From Heptranchias perlo (taxonomy: Eukaryota), in the NCBI RefSeq assembly GCF_035084215.1, contig NC_090326.1, positions 11,160,001 through 11,224,000 on the forward strand: 64,000 nucleotides of DNA, in the 5' to 3' direction. Positions 21,984 to 33,450 of this stretch are shown here, piece by piece. Each line of letters begins with the position of its first letter. The first letter of the stretch is position 1. The translations under genes were made by a program, and so were the position numbers. The notes below the pieces were generated by a model. It saw nothing but the letters and a program-made list of their open reading frames with translations. It was not told the origin of the DNA and did no database searches.

Positions 21984-22809
21984 TCAGAGTGTTTGCTAGG
22001 CTGTGGGGTCCATTATTGTCCATTGGGACTGTACAGTCCAACATAATAGTCTTTTTAAAGATGGTGGTAATTTTATATCCTATGACAAGAAGGTGTTGTA
22101 TTGAAATTTATGATGAAAGTCCTACGAACAGGAAGGATCATTGATTCAGGAGAAATTGTCACCATGCAAAAGTGAAAAATGAGCTGTGCCATATATATAT
22201 TGCGTATTGGTACTTTGCTCGGAGCAATGTGTCGCTGCAAAATACACAGATTAATCTGGCATAAATCAAAGTTATTTATAAATTGTGCACTAACACAGCA
22301 GCCCTTATTGAACCCAAGTTTGTGTGTATAAGGTGTGGCAGTGTCTGATTTATTGCAACAAAGGAGGTTTTGAGCAGATTATGCTCCCTCGGCCCACTTC
22401 TAGTAGCTCTATGTGCCGAGTTTGTGGTGTGAGGAGATATGAAACAGCATGTTCTGACTTCCACGGCAAACAATGTAGCCTCTGTTGCCCAGACCTCTAG
22501 TTCCTGTCTTATTGGGTTGGAATGGTTAGTGAAGCCTAAGTTCAAAGCTCTTGGCGTGTACATATATCAGTTTTGAAGTTTTATGTATTTTGCTTTTCTT
22601 AAACATCTGCTTTTTTACTTTTACCTTCTGAGCTCCCATTGTTATTCCAGCTGATAGAATGAGTAATTTGATAACTAAATTTCAGTTAATCAAACGTGTA
22701 CTTGAGAATTTTGGAATTTAAATTGAAAACGCCATTCAGCCACTGTTGTCAAACACAAGGTATTTTTATATTGAAAGGGATGGAGTCTCATTTTGGACTG
22801 CAAGAACTG

Positions 22810-23090
22810 TAAGGACAAGGGCAGCAGGCGCATGGGAACAACACCACCTGCACGTTCCCCTCCAAGTCACACACCATCCCGACTTGGAAATATATCGCCG
22901 TTCCTTCATTGTCGCTGGGTCAAAATCCTGGAACTCCCTTCCTAACAGCACTGTGGGAGAACCGTCACCACACGGACTGCAGCGGTTCAAGAAGGCGGCT
23001 CACCACCACCTTCTCAAGGGCAATTAGGGATGGGCAATAAATGCCGGCCTTGCCAGCGACGCCCACATCCCGTGAACGAATAAAAAAAAA
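22810..23090 (+). mobile_element. 5'-truncated young copy of the 15903-16775 LINE family with A-tail
   Basis: RTRAAGAWEQHHLHVPLQVTHHPDLEIYRRSFIVAGSKSWNSLP..HHHLLKGN*; CpGs retained; poly(A) at 23082-23090. Confidence 0.92.
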
Positions 23091-23799
23091 GTTGCTCTAT
23101 GAAAAATCATATCCATGTCAAGTATGTTCCCAAAAATATCCCTGCCCTTCTCAGTTTTGATTATTTTTTAAATATTTTAGTGACACAAGGAGTCATCTAA
23201 CAGGCCTGTGTAATGAGAAACTGATAGATAAAGAACAAGACAACAGGTCCGAAATGCGTTTGTTGCAAAAGTGGGGTAATTACTGATGTAGGGGACCATA
23301 ATATGGGGTGTACGTGAGATGCGGCAGGATTACACTTGTTCTAAAATACATGAGCAACTCTGATAGAATTGGCTACTGTCCTGTCATTTGTATGCAAATG
23401 ATAGAATAATGAGGGCCAAAGCTTCTGTCCCAGAAATTCTGCCATTTACTCTAGAATCGCACATAACTTAAGCTTGTAGAAAGGAGGGGAGAGCTATCTG
23501 CAAACAAAGAAGTGATTGAGTTCACAGGCTTTGAATGTCCACAGACTTTGTCCGGATTATCAGCTTTGACTGATGCAATTAGAAAAATGTTTTCTCTGCG
23601 TTGTAGCTAAGAAAGGATTCTGCGGGCTGCCTTTCAGCGGTTTTAGGCAAGGAAATCTTTGGCTTCCCACCCTTTCTGTCATGAAGCCCTTATCATAGGG
23701 TTCACCATGGGCAGTCCCCATGTTTGTCCTTATAATGGAAGCAGAACAGGAACAGGGGGAAGAGGAAATGTGAGAGGATGAAGGATAATTACCTTGGAG

Positions 23800-23950
23800 A
23801 AGATGACCAACTATGAGGCACACTTCCGCCAGAGTCTACAGACCATGCTGTCCCTCGATAACGTCCTAGAACTAGTTTGCTTAGGGAGACAATGGTTCAG
23901 TGAGGAGGCATAGACCAAGCTCTCTCTCCTGTTGCAAAATGACCTCCAAA
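23800..23950 (+). pseudogene. degenerate Harbinger (HARBI1-like) transposase N-terminal fragment
   Basis: Manual translation RVYRP / SLDNVLELVCLGRQWFSEEA*TKLSLLLQNDLQ resembles the N-terminal RVYR..L..LSE..CLRRLRFS.E....LC.LL..DLQ pattern. Confidence 0.5.
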
Positions 23951-24559
23951 CATCTTCTCAAACAACAAAAAAACAAAGAATAAACATAGTTCAGAACACT
24001 AGACTTTGTATCATAACTTGGCTTTACTGCACACATATATATTTACAGCATGCTTCTTATTACCATCAAGTCTCTCTGCGTTGCTCTTAACCCTATCTTG
24101 GTGCTCCGCCAAGATGATAAGTTAGGGCCAAAGACACCAGCAGTGTTTGGCTGCGCTGTGGTATCATGAGCTTCTCGAGCCCAGTAGGACTCTTCAGCAT
24201 GCTGCATGGACATTGCAGCTTTGTGAGCAGCCTATTCCTGTATCCTGACACCTACATGAGCAGGCATCTGAGCGGGCTGGCTAGGAAGGTCACATGAGCT
24301 GCCACCTGGAGAGAGGATAGAATCCTGAAGGTGGATTTTGTACTGTGTTCTAGATCTGAATGCCATCTCATCAGCAGGGGCGAAGACCTGATGGTATCAG
24401 TTAGATCCTGCAGACCCTGAGAGATGTTGCCCTGAAGCTGTTGAAAGTCACTTTCCATCTTCGGCCTGGGGTTTCTGACATTAAGATCGGGATTCGGGGT
24501 GAGTGGAGGAGGGGGGCGGTGAGGGACATTGAGATCAGGACTCGGTGTTGGGACACTGA

Positions 24560-25515
24560 AATTGGAATGGGGGGGGTCGGGAATTTGGGACTGGGGGGGG
24601 GGGGGTCAGGAGACTGGGACTGGAGGGGGCGGTCAGGAGACTGGGACTGGGGGCGGTCAGGAGACTGGGACTGGGGGTGGTCAGGAGACTGGGACTGGGG
24701 GGGGAGGTCGGGAGACTGGGACTGGTGGGGAAGGTCAGGGGACTGGGACTGGTGGGGGGGGTCGGGAGACTGAGACTGGGTGGGAGGGAGGTCGGGAGTC
24801 TGGGACTGTGGGGGGAGGTTGGGAGTCTGGGACTGGGGGGGGGAGGTCGGGAGTCTGGGACTGGGGGGTGTCGGGAGTCTGGGTCTGGGGGGGGGATCGT
24901 GAGACTGGGACTGGGGAGGGGGGACGGGAGACTGGGACTGTCGGGGGAGGTCGGGAGTCTGGGACTGGGAGGGGAGGTGTTGGGAGTCTGGGACTTGGGG
25001 GGAGGTCGGGAGACTGGGACTGGGGGGGGGGAGGTCGGGAGTCTGGGACTGGGGGCGGGAGGTCGGGAGTCTGGGACTGGGAGGGGAAGTGTTGGGAGTC
25101 TGGGACTGGGGGGTGTCGGGAGACTGGGACTGGGTGGGGATTTGGGGGACTGGGGGGGTGATCGGGGGACGGGGTGGGCGTCGGGAGACTGGAACTCGGG
25201 GGGGGTCGGGGGACTGGGACTGGGGGGATGGGTCGGGAGACTGGGACTTGGCGGGGGGGTCGGGAGACCGGGACTGGGGGGGGGTCGGGAGACCGGGACT
25301 TGGGGGGGGGGTCGGGAGACCGGGACTGGGTGGGGTCGGGAAACAGGGACTGCGGGGGGTCGGGAGACTGGGACTGGGGGGGTCGGGAGACTGGGACAGG
25401 AGGAGGGTAGGGAGATTAGGACTGTGGGGGTGGGGTTGGGAGACTTGCACTGGTGGTGGGGGGGGGGATCGGGAGACTGGGCCTGGGGGGGGCGTCGGGA
25501 GAGTGGGACTGGGGT
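24560..25515. repeat. G-rich minisatellite, ~25-bp unit GTCGGGAGACTGGGACTGGGGGGG(AG)
   Basis: About 35-40 tandem units estimated from length/period; explains the Gly/Pro-rich pseudo-ORFs 24401..25531. Confidence 0.95.
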
Positions 25516-25519
25516 CCTG

Positions 25520-25669
25520 ATCCATTGCTGATTTCAGGCAGCTGCCAGATCCGCCTAAAAACAGTGAGGGCCAACAGCGCAGATTAGGTGCAGGACCTTA
25601 CGCCCAGGAATTGGTATGCATTGCGCCCGCTTTATGCCCGAAAAACGGGCCCCTGGCAAGTTCTACCCC
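25520..25669. mobile_element. Harbinger-like MITE terminal segment
   Basis: CpG-rich, ending ..gcaagttctacccc, similar in style to the right ends of the MITEs at 40379 and 63951. Confidence 0.35.
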
Positions 25670-25834
25670 TGGTGTGCCCAAATAACCTTTGCTGAATGTG
25701 CCCCATGCCAAGTGCCAGGATGTCAGATCAGGCCCACCATGTAAATTGAGTTTGACAGTCCTGGTGTAAAGGCAACACTTTCAGGACCCACCCCCCCACC
25801 CCTCTCTACGCATTAAGAAGGTGAAAGGATTGCA

Positions 25835-26250
25835 ATGGCCTATCCACTGGGTATTTCCCTGTTCTTGATCATCATGAACGACCAGGAGGAGCAGCAGCAG
25901 AGGCAGGAGGCACGTGCGGTGTTTGAGACACCATGGCTGGAGACTGCACCGAACCTGCTTCTACAGCCCCCTGAGAGTGCACATGGAGCGCATGTCATTC
26001 AGGCGCTGTCAGAGAAGTTGTGCGTTCACCGACTGCGCATCACCTGGAAGACCTGAAGCGCAGGGTCCACCTCCCACAGGACCTTGTCGGCAGGAATAAA
26101 GGTGACGACAGCCCTCAACTTCTACGGCCCTGGCTCTTTCCAGACACGGTACTGGAGACCTGTAAGCCAGGGAGCTGTAAGGGCACGCATTCAACAGGTG
26201 ACAGATGCCCTCTTTCACAGGGCGTTCAGCCTCATTAAATACGGCCAGTT
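25835..26250 (+). pseudogene. PIF/Harbinger DDE transposase (HARBI1-like) N-terminal relic
   Basis: LSEKLCVHRLRI (ORF 25835..26056) and IKVTTALNFYGPGSFQ..VSQGAVRARIQQVTDALFHRA (ORF 26084..26308) match the HARBI1 helix-turn-helix region (AL.FY..GSFQ..ISQ..V..VT.AL). Frameshifted. Confidence 0.85.
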
Positions 26251-26741
26251 TCATTTCTGCTTTACCTCAACAAAAAGGGGCCCGCAGGTCCTTATCCCCA
26301 AATCTTAGCCATTTTCTTCGCCTCTTCCTGTGCCATATCTGTGGAAAAGGGGATGTGCACACACTGGAAATTACTTCTTGCAGTGTTTACAACAGTTTTT
26401 AACTAAAATCAACTGCCATATGGTAGGTTTGCAGGGAAAGCCATTGGCCGCACCGCGAATGAGGTGTTGACATTGAGCGTGCCGCACATTGTCGAATTGA
26501 TTTTCCAGGAAATTTTGGCATAACTATAGTGTGAAAGGATCAAAGTGCGCAACTGTCTGATTCACGGCATGCGTCGTATGTCGTGACGTTTCAGATAATT
26601 CTGAGCCATTGTCTCCAAATACTTCTTCAAAGCTTGAAGATCAGCAATCAGTGCATTCATTTTGGATGCAATGACGAGCCTGGACACCTCACAACCGAGC
26701 ACGGATGCAGATATTCATGGTGCCACCACAAGTTCCAAGTT

Positions 26742-27185
26742 CACAGAATCTTACAAAAGAGAAGGAGGCCATTCGGCCCATTGTGCCTGTGCCAGCTCTT
26801 TGAAAGAGCTATCCAATTAGTCCAATTCCCCTGCTCCTTATCCATAGCCCTGTAAATTTTTGCCCTTCAAGTATTTATCCAATTTCCTTTTGAAAGTTAC
26901 CACTGAATCCGCTCCCACCACCCTTTCAGGCAGTGCATTCAAGATCATTATAACTCGCTGCGTAAAAAAAAATTCTCCTCATCTCCCCTCTGCTTCTTTT
27001 GCCTTAAATCCGTGTCCTCTGGTTACCGACCCTTCTGCCACTGGAAACAGTTTCTCCTTATTTACTCAATCAAAACCCCTCATAATTTTGAATACCTCAA
27101 TTAATTCTTCCCTTAACCTTCTCCGCTCTAAGGAGAACAACCCCAGATTCTCCAGTCTCTCCACATAACTCAATCCTCCTGGTAC
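26742..27185 (-). mobile_element. CR1 3' end
   Basis: Reverse complement of gagactggagaatctggggttgttctccttagagcggagaaggttaagg..tttacgcagcgagttataatgatcttgaatgcactgcctgaaagggtgg and tail atgggccgaatggcctccttc. Confidence 0.9.
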
Positions 27186-27307
27186 CAAGTGGCACTGCAT
27201 TGTTTGAATCCTTCTTAGATATTGGCACTGAGGATGGCATTTATCTCCAGCATAACCCCTGCTATCTGTCTCAGGTCCTCGAGATGGTCCTCAGCACCCT
27301 ATCCACT

Positions 27308-30300
27308 CTCCCCACCCCCACGTGCCCCTCACTCCCCCACTATGTGCCCCTCACTCCCCCCAAGTGCCCCTCATTCTCTCCCCCCCACGTGCCCCTCACT
27401 CTCTTTTTCCCCCATGTGCCCCTCACTCTCTCCCACACTACACGTGCCCCACTCTCTTCCCCCCCACGTGCTCCTCACTCTCCCCCTCCTCCCACCCCAC
27501 GTGCCCCACTCTCTCCCCCCCCATGTGCCCTTCACTCTTTTCCCTCCCCACGTGCCCCTCACTCTTTCCCTCCCCACGTGCCCCTCACTCTCTCCCCCCC
27601 CACGTGCCCCTCACTCTCCCCCTACCCCCACCCCACGTGCCCCACTGTCTCGCCCCCACGTGCCCCTCACTATGTCCCCCACCACGGGCCCCTCACTCTC
27701 CCCCCCTCCCCCCACCCCACATGCCCCACTGTCTCCCCGCCACGTGCCCCCCACTCTCTCCTCCCCACGTGCCCCTCACTGTCCCCCACCCCACGTGCCC
27801 CTCACTGTCCCCCACCCCACGTGCCCCTCACAATCCTCCACCCCACGTGCCCCTCACTCTCCCCCACCCCACGTGCCCCCCACTGTCCCCCACCCCACGT
27901 GCCCCTCACTCTCCCCCACCCCACGTGCCCCTCACTCTCCCCCACCCCACGTGCCCCCCACTCTCTCCACCCCACATGCCCCTCACTCTCCCCCACCCCA
28001 CGTGCCCCTCACTCTCTTTTCCCCTCACGTGCCCCTCACTCTCTTCCCCCCCCCAGGTGCCCGTCACTCTCTCCCCCCCCACCAGGTGCCCCTCACTCTC
28101 TCCCCCGCTAGGTGCCCCTCACTCTCTTCCCCCCACCCCCAAGGTGCACCTCACTCTCTATCCCCCCCCCCAGGTGCCCCTCACTCTCTTTCTCCCCCCC
28201 CCAGGTGCCCCTCACTCTCTCCCCCCTCCCCACGTGCCCCACACTCTCTTCCCCCCCCCAGGTGCCCCTCACTCTCTTTCTCCCCCCCCCCAGGTGCCCC
28301 TCACTCTCTCCCCCCTCCCCACGTGCCCCACACTCTCTTCCCCCCCCAGGTGCCCCTCACTCTCTTTCTCCCCCCCCCAGGTGCCCCTCACTCTCTCCCC
28401 CCTCCCCACGTGCCCCACACTCTCTTCCCCCCACAGGTGCCCCTCACTCTTTCCCCCCCCCAGGTGCCCCTCACTCTCTCCCCCCCCACCAGGTGCCCCT
28501 CACTCTCTCCCCCCCTCCCCACGTGCCCCTCACTCTCTCCCCCCTCCCCACCTGCCCCTCACTCTCTCCCCCCCACGTGCCCCTCACTCTCTCCCCCCCC
28601 ACTCTCTCCCCCCCATGTGCCCCTCACTCTCTCCCCCCCACGTGCCCCTCACTCTCTCCCCCCTACGTGCCCCTCACTCTCTCCCCCCCACTCTCTCCCC
28701 CTCACGTGCCCCTCACTCTCTTCCCCCCCCCAGGTGCCCGTCACTCTCTCCCCCCCCCACCAGGTGCCCCTCACTCTCTCCCCCGCTAGGTGCCCCTCAC
28801 TCTCTTCCCCCCACCCCCAAGGTGCACCTCACTCTCTATCCCCCCCCCCAGGTGCCCCTCACTCTCTTTCTCCCCCCCCCAGGTGCCCCTCACTCTCTCC
28901 CCCCTCCCCACGTGCCCCACACTCTCTTCCCCCCACAGGTGCCCCTCACTCTTTCTCCCCCCCCCCAGGTGCCCCTCACTCTCTCCCCCCTCCCCACGTG
29001 CCCCACACTCTCTTCCCCCCCCCAGGTGCCCCTCACTCTCTTTCTCCCCCCCCCCAGGTGCCCCTCACTCTCTCCCCCCTCCCCACGTGCCCCACACTCT
29101 CTTCCCCCCACAGGTGCCCCTCACTCTTTCCCCCCCCCCCAGGTGCCCCTCACTCTCTCCCCCCCCACCAGGTGCCCCTCACTCTCTCCCCCCTCCCCAC
29201 GTGCCCCTCACTCTCTCCCCCCTCCCCACCTGCCCCTCACTCTCTCCCCCCCACGTGCCCCACACTCTCTTCCCCCCACAGGTGCCCCTCACTCTTTCTC
29301 CCCCCCCCAGGTGCCCCTCACTCTCTCCCCCCTCCCCACGTGCCCCACACTCTCTTCCCCCCACAGGTGCCCCTCACTCTTTCCCCCCCCCCCAGGTGCC
29401 CCTCACTCTCTCCCCCCCCACCAGGTGCCCCTCACTCTCTCCCCCCCTCCCCACGTGCCCCTCACTCTCTCCCCCCCTCCCCACCTGCCCCTCACTCTCT
29501 CCCCCCCCACGTGCCCCTCACTCTCTCCCCCCTACGTGCCCCTCACTCTCTCCCCCCCACTCTCTCCCCCCCACGTGCCCCTCACTCTCTCCCCCCCACG
29601 TGCCCCTCACTCTCTCCCCCCCACGTGCCCCTCACTCTCTCCCCCCACTCTCTCCCCCCCACGTGCCCCTCACTCTCTCCCCCCCACGTGCCCCTCACTC
29701 TCTCCCCCCCACGTGCCCCTCACTCTCTCCCCCCCACGTGCCCCTCACTCTCTCCCCCCCATGTGCCCCTCACTCTCTCCCCCCCACGTGCCACTCACCT
29801 CTCTCCCCCCACGTGCCCCTCACTCTCTCCCCCCCACGTGCCCCTCATGCGCTCTTCCCCCCACGTGCCCCTCACTCTCTCCCCCCCACGTGCCCCTCAC
29901 TCTCTCCCCCCCACGTGCCCCTCACTCTCTCCCCCCCCACGTGCCCCTCACTCTCTCCCCCCCACGTGCCCCTCACTCTCTCCCCCCCACGTGCCCCTCA
30001 CGCGCTCTTCCCCCCACGTGCCCCTCACGCGCTCTTCCCCCCATGTGCCCCTCACGCGCTCTTCCCCCCACGTGCCCCTCACTCCCTTTTCCCCCACGTG
30101 CCCCTCACTCTCTTCCCCCACGTTCCCCTCACTCCCTTTTCCCCCACGTGCCCCTCACTCTCTTTTCCCCCACGTGCCCCTCACTCTCTTTTCCCCCCAC
30201 GTGCCCCTCATGCGCTCTTCCCCCCACGTGCCCCTCACTCTCTTCCCCACTTGTCCCTCACTCCACCCCCCCCCACCCTCCTCCCCCCCCCCGCCTCCTC

Positions 30301-30315
30301 TTGCCCCTCACTCTC
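27308..30315. repeat. C-rich minisatellite, ~26-29-bp unit CCCCACGTGCCCCTCACTCTCTCCCC (CAGGTG variant in the middle)
   Basis: Roughly 100 units estimated from length/period; explains the 1031-1035 aa Pro-rich pseudo-ORFs open in several frames. Confidence 0.97.
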
Positions 30316-30584
30316 TTGGACTTTATTAAAACTACCTTACATCATTTTACATCATTCTCCTGTCCCTACTCTGCCCATCTTTACATTTTTAACTGTCAGA
30401 AAAGAGTTCTTACATGAGTGTATCCAAGCATAAACAGAGTTCTCTCCTAAACAGGATAGTTGAAGTTCCATCTCGGTAGAAACTAAGCACTGTAAACAGG
30501 GTTCTACCTGGCTGGAGCCCAAACTGCAGCGTTCCTTCTCAGACCAGTAATTAAAACACAGTTTGACTTCAGTCAACAGCAATA

Positions 30585-32925
30585 ACTTGAATATTTATAA
30601 CACCTGTAATGTAGAAAAAAATAAAATAGTTGAAGGAAAGGATGCTTCGCCATAGAGGGAGAGTTAGGAGAAGTGACTGAAAGCTTGGACGAGAAAATGG
30701 ATATTGAAAAGGAGTTAAAGGTGGAAGGAGATGTGGAGTGGCATAGGCGTTTAGGAAGGCAGTTTCAGAGGTCGAGGTAGCTGAAGGCTATGTCACCAGT
30801 GGTGGGGGAAAGCAAGGGGCAGGATGCAAAAAGAACAGAGTCAAAGAGGACCACTGGGTGAGGGAGGAGATAAAAGGCTGGAGGAGGTTGCAGAGATAGG
30901 TTGTGCTAAGACCATGGGGATTTAAAATTCAGGGTGTTAGGGACAAGGAGCCAATATAGGTCAGCGAGCACAGGGATGATGGTCGAGTGGAACTTAGTCT
31001 GCGACAGGATAGGGGCAGCTGAGTTTTGGATAAGTTGAATATACAAGACGGGAGGCCAGCGAGGCGCATGTTGCTGCAATTAAGTCTAGATGTAAGGGTT
31101 TCAGCGACGGTGAAGCTGTGATAGGGGAAGAGGAAGGCAATGTTACTGAGATGGAAACAAGCAGCCCTAGTAATGCATAGGATGTGGGGTTTGAAGATCA
31201 TCGCTGGGTCCAACAGGATGCCAAAGTTTCCCATCGCCTGCTTCAGCTTGAGCAAGTGGCCAGGAGTGGGGTGGAGTCAGTTTAGCGAGGATGACAAACA
31301 CAATGGCTTCTGTTCTATCATTGTTCAGTTGGTTGGCATTTTGATGTCAGAGAAGCAGTCTGATAGCACAAAGTTGATCATGGTATTGAGGGAAGTGGTG
31401 GAGGGGTAGAGCTGGGTATCATCAGAATGCACACTGAAGCAGATCCCGTACCTGTGGAAGATGTCACTGAGGGGTTGCATGTCGTTTAGGAAGAGGAGAT
31501 TCCTGTGGGACTCCAGGGGGGATGAAGAGAAACCATTGCTGGAGGTACGCTGACTATGTACAGGCAAGGAGTAGTTGAACCACGTGAGGGCAGTCCCACA
31601 GAGTGGGACAATGGAAAAAGATGGTGTGGTCGACAGTGTCAACTGCTGCAGAAAGGTCGAGGAGGACAAAAAGAGATAATGTATAGAAGATGTCATTCCT
31701 GACTTTGGCCAGGGTGGTCCCTCTGCTGTGAATAGGGTAGAAGCTGGGCTGATAGGGATTCAAACAGCAAGTTTTGGAAGAGATGAGCATGGAGCTAGAT
31801 GGCAATGACACATTTGATGACCTTGAAGAAAAGAAGGTTTGAGATGGGGCGATAGGTGAAAGGTGGGTTTTTTGGGGATAGCATGATGGCAGTTTTGGAA
31901 TGTAGAAGAACAGTGCCCGTGCAAAGGGAGCCATGGAGAATGTCAACTAGCATAGGAGGGGGAGTTGAGCGAGGAGGGAATAGAGGGAGCAGGAGATGGG
32001 TCTCATGGGAGAGATAAACTTAGAAAGGGCAGATGGGGATATGGAAGAGAAACTGCAGAGCAACAGGAGATCAGAGCTAGATTGGGTGACGGGGGTGGGC
32101 AGGAGGAGGAGGCCAGAAGCCTGGGGGAGAGGAAGGGAAGATAGCAGCAAAGACATGGATGGTCCCAATCTTAGAAATGAAAAACATCTATGAGCTCTCT
32201 GCACTGGGTAATATGTACAGGGGCACGGGAAAGAGGTTTGAGGACGTGGTTAATCATGGAGAAAAGGAGCCTAGCATTGTTCTTGTTTTCCAGTTTAATC
32301 CTGGAGCAATCGCAGGATTTGCGCTGAGCAGTGTGAGGCACATTGTCAGGACACGTGTCAAGCCAAATCTGAAGATGAAAGGCTCGGTCATCTGTGTGCC
32401 AGGCTCACTCAAGTACAGCCCTCTGACTTATGGGAGTGAAGATAGGAACTGTTCCCAGGGGTGGGAGATGTTGAGTGGTTTCATGGGAATGAGGGCGTCA
32501 AAGGCAGAGGCAGCAGAGTATTGTGATGGGTATAGAGATTTAGAAGAGAGGGTTTGAGAGTGAATTAACGAGGAAACTGGAGGAGAGTTTTTCCCATGGG
32601 CAAAGACTAGTGGGATTAGGGAAAGTAGGGGAACGTGGGTGGTGAGGGAGATGAGGAAATGGTCAGAGCTAATCTTGTTGATGATCAGGACCTTGGAAGA
32701 GGAGAGGCCTTCGAGAGATGGTAAGATCAATGGGGTGGCCGTGGGTGTGGGAGGACGTTTTTTTGTGAAGGCTGAGATTGAGCAATGATAGGAGGACGGA
32801 GAATTCAGAGGAGACAGGGCTAGAGGATTTAAGGTATGGACTGAAGGCTGAGGAATCGCTATTTGAAGAAGCTGAAGGATGAGAGAAGGGAGGAGATCTT
32901 AGGGACGTTGGGATGGGACTTGACA
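30585..32925 (-). mobile_element. degenerate L2 LINE ORF2 (endonuclease end, RT, C-terminus, tail)
   Basis: HTHGHPIDLTISR (32669..32941), SDHFLI (32428..32730), LLDLSAAVDTVDHTI (31554..31946), HSDDTQLY (31325..31696), FKPHI..ITRAACFHLSNIA (30929..31255). Confidence 0.88.
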
Positions 32926-32929
32926 AAGG

Positions 32930-33450
32930 AAGAAATTGCATTTATATAGCACCTTTTTTGTCCAAGGCTCTTAACAACCAATGGATTACTTTTTGAAGTG
33001 CAGTCCTTGTTACGTAGGCAAAAGTGACACCCAATTTACATACAGCATAGTCCCACAACCAGCAAATGAATGAATGACCAGACAATCTGTTTTTGGTGGT
33101 ATCTATTGAGGGAAGGAATATTTGCCAGTGCACCAGGGAAATTCCCTGCTCATCTTCAAATAATAGCATTGGTTCTTTTACATCCACCTGAATTGGATGT
33201 AAAAGATTGCATGGCACCATTCAAAGAAGAGCATGGGAGTTTTCCCGGTGCCCTGACCAATATTTACCTCTCAACCAACACCACAAAAACAGTATAATTC
33301 ATCATTTATCTCATTGCTGTTTGTGGACAATTTGGCTGCCCGTTTCCCTACATTACAACAGTGATTACACTTCAAAAATAATTAATTGGCTGTGAAGTGC
33401 TTTGGGATTCCCGGATTGTGAAGGCATTATATAAATGCAAATCCTTTCTT
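32930..33450. mobile_element. two Deu-SINE 3' halves fused head-to-head
   Basis: 32930-33190 is a minus-strand copy and 33194-33450 a plus-strand copy; centre tcttttacatcca-cctgaat-tggatgtaaaaga. Confidence 0.8.

Noticed and set aside
24401-25531. Gly/Trp-rich and Pro/Ser/Gln-rich ORFs of 110-374 aa
   Set aside because: Translations of the G-rich minisatellite on both strands.
25835-26308. Host HARBI1 gene
   Set aside because: Frameshifted, lacks the DDE core and is embedded in repeats; a transposon relic, so no gene symbol given.
27200-30433. 1035-, 1031- and 547-aa Pro-rich ORFs resembling extensin or mucin
   Set aside because: Open in several frames only because the C-rich minisatellite lacks stop codons; unit length varies by non-multiples of 3.
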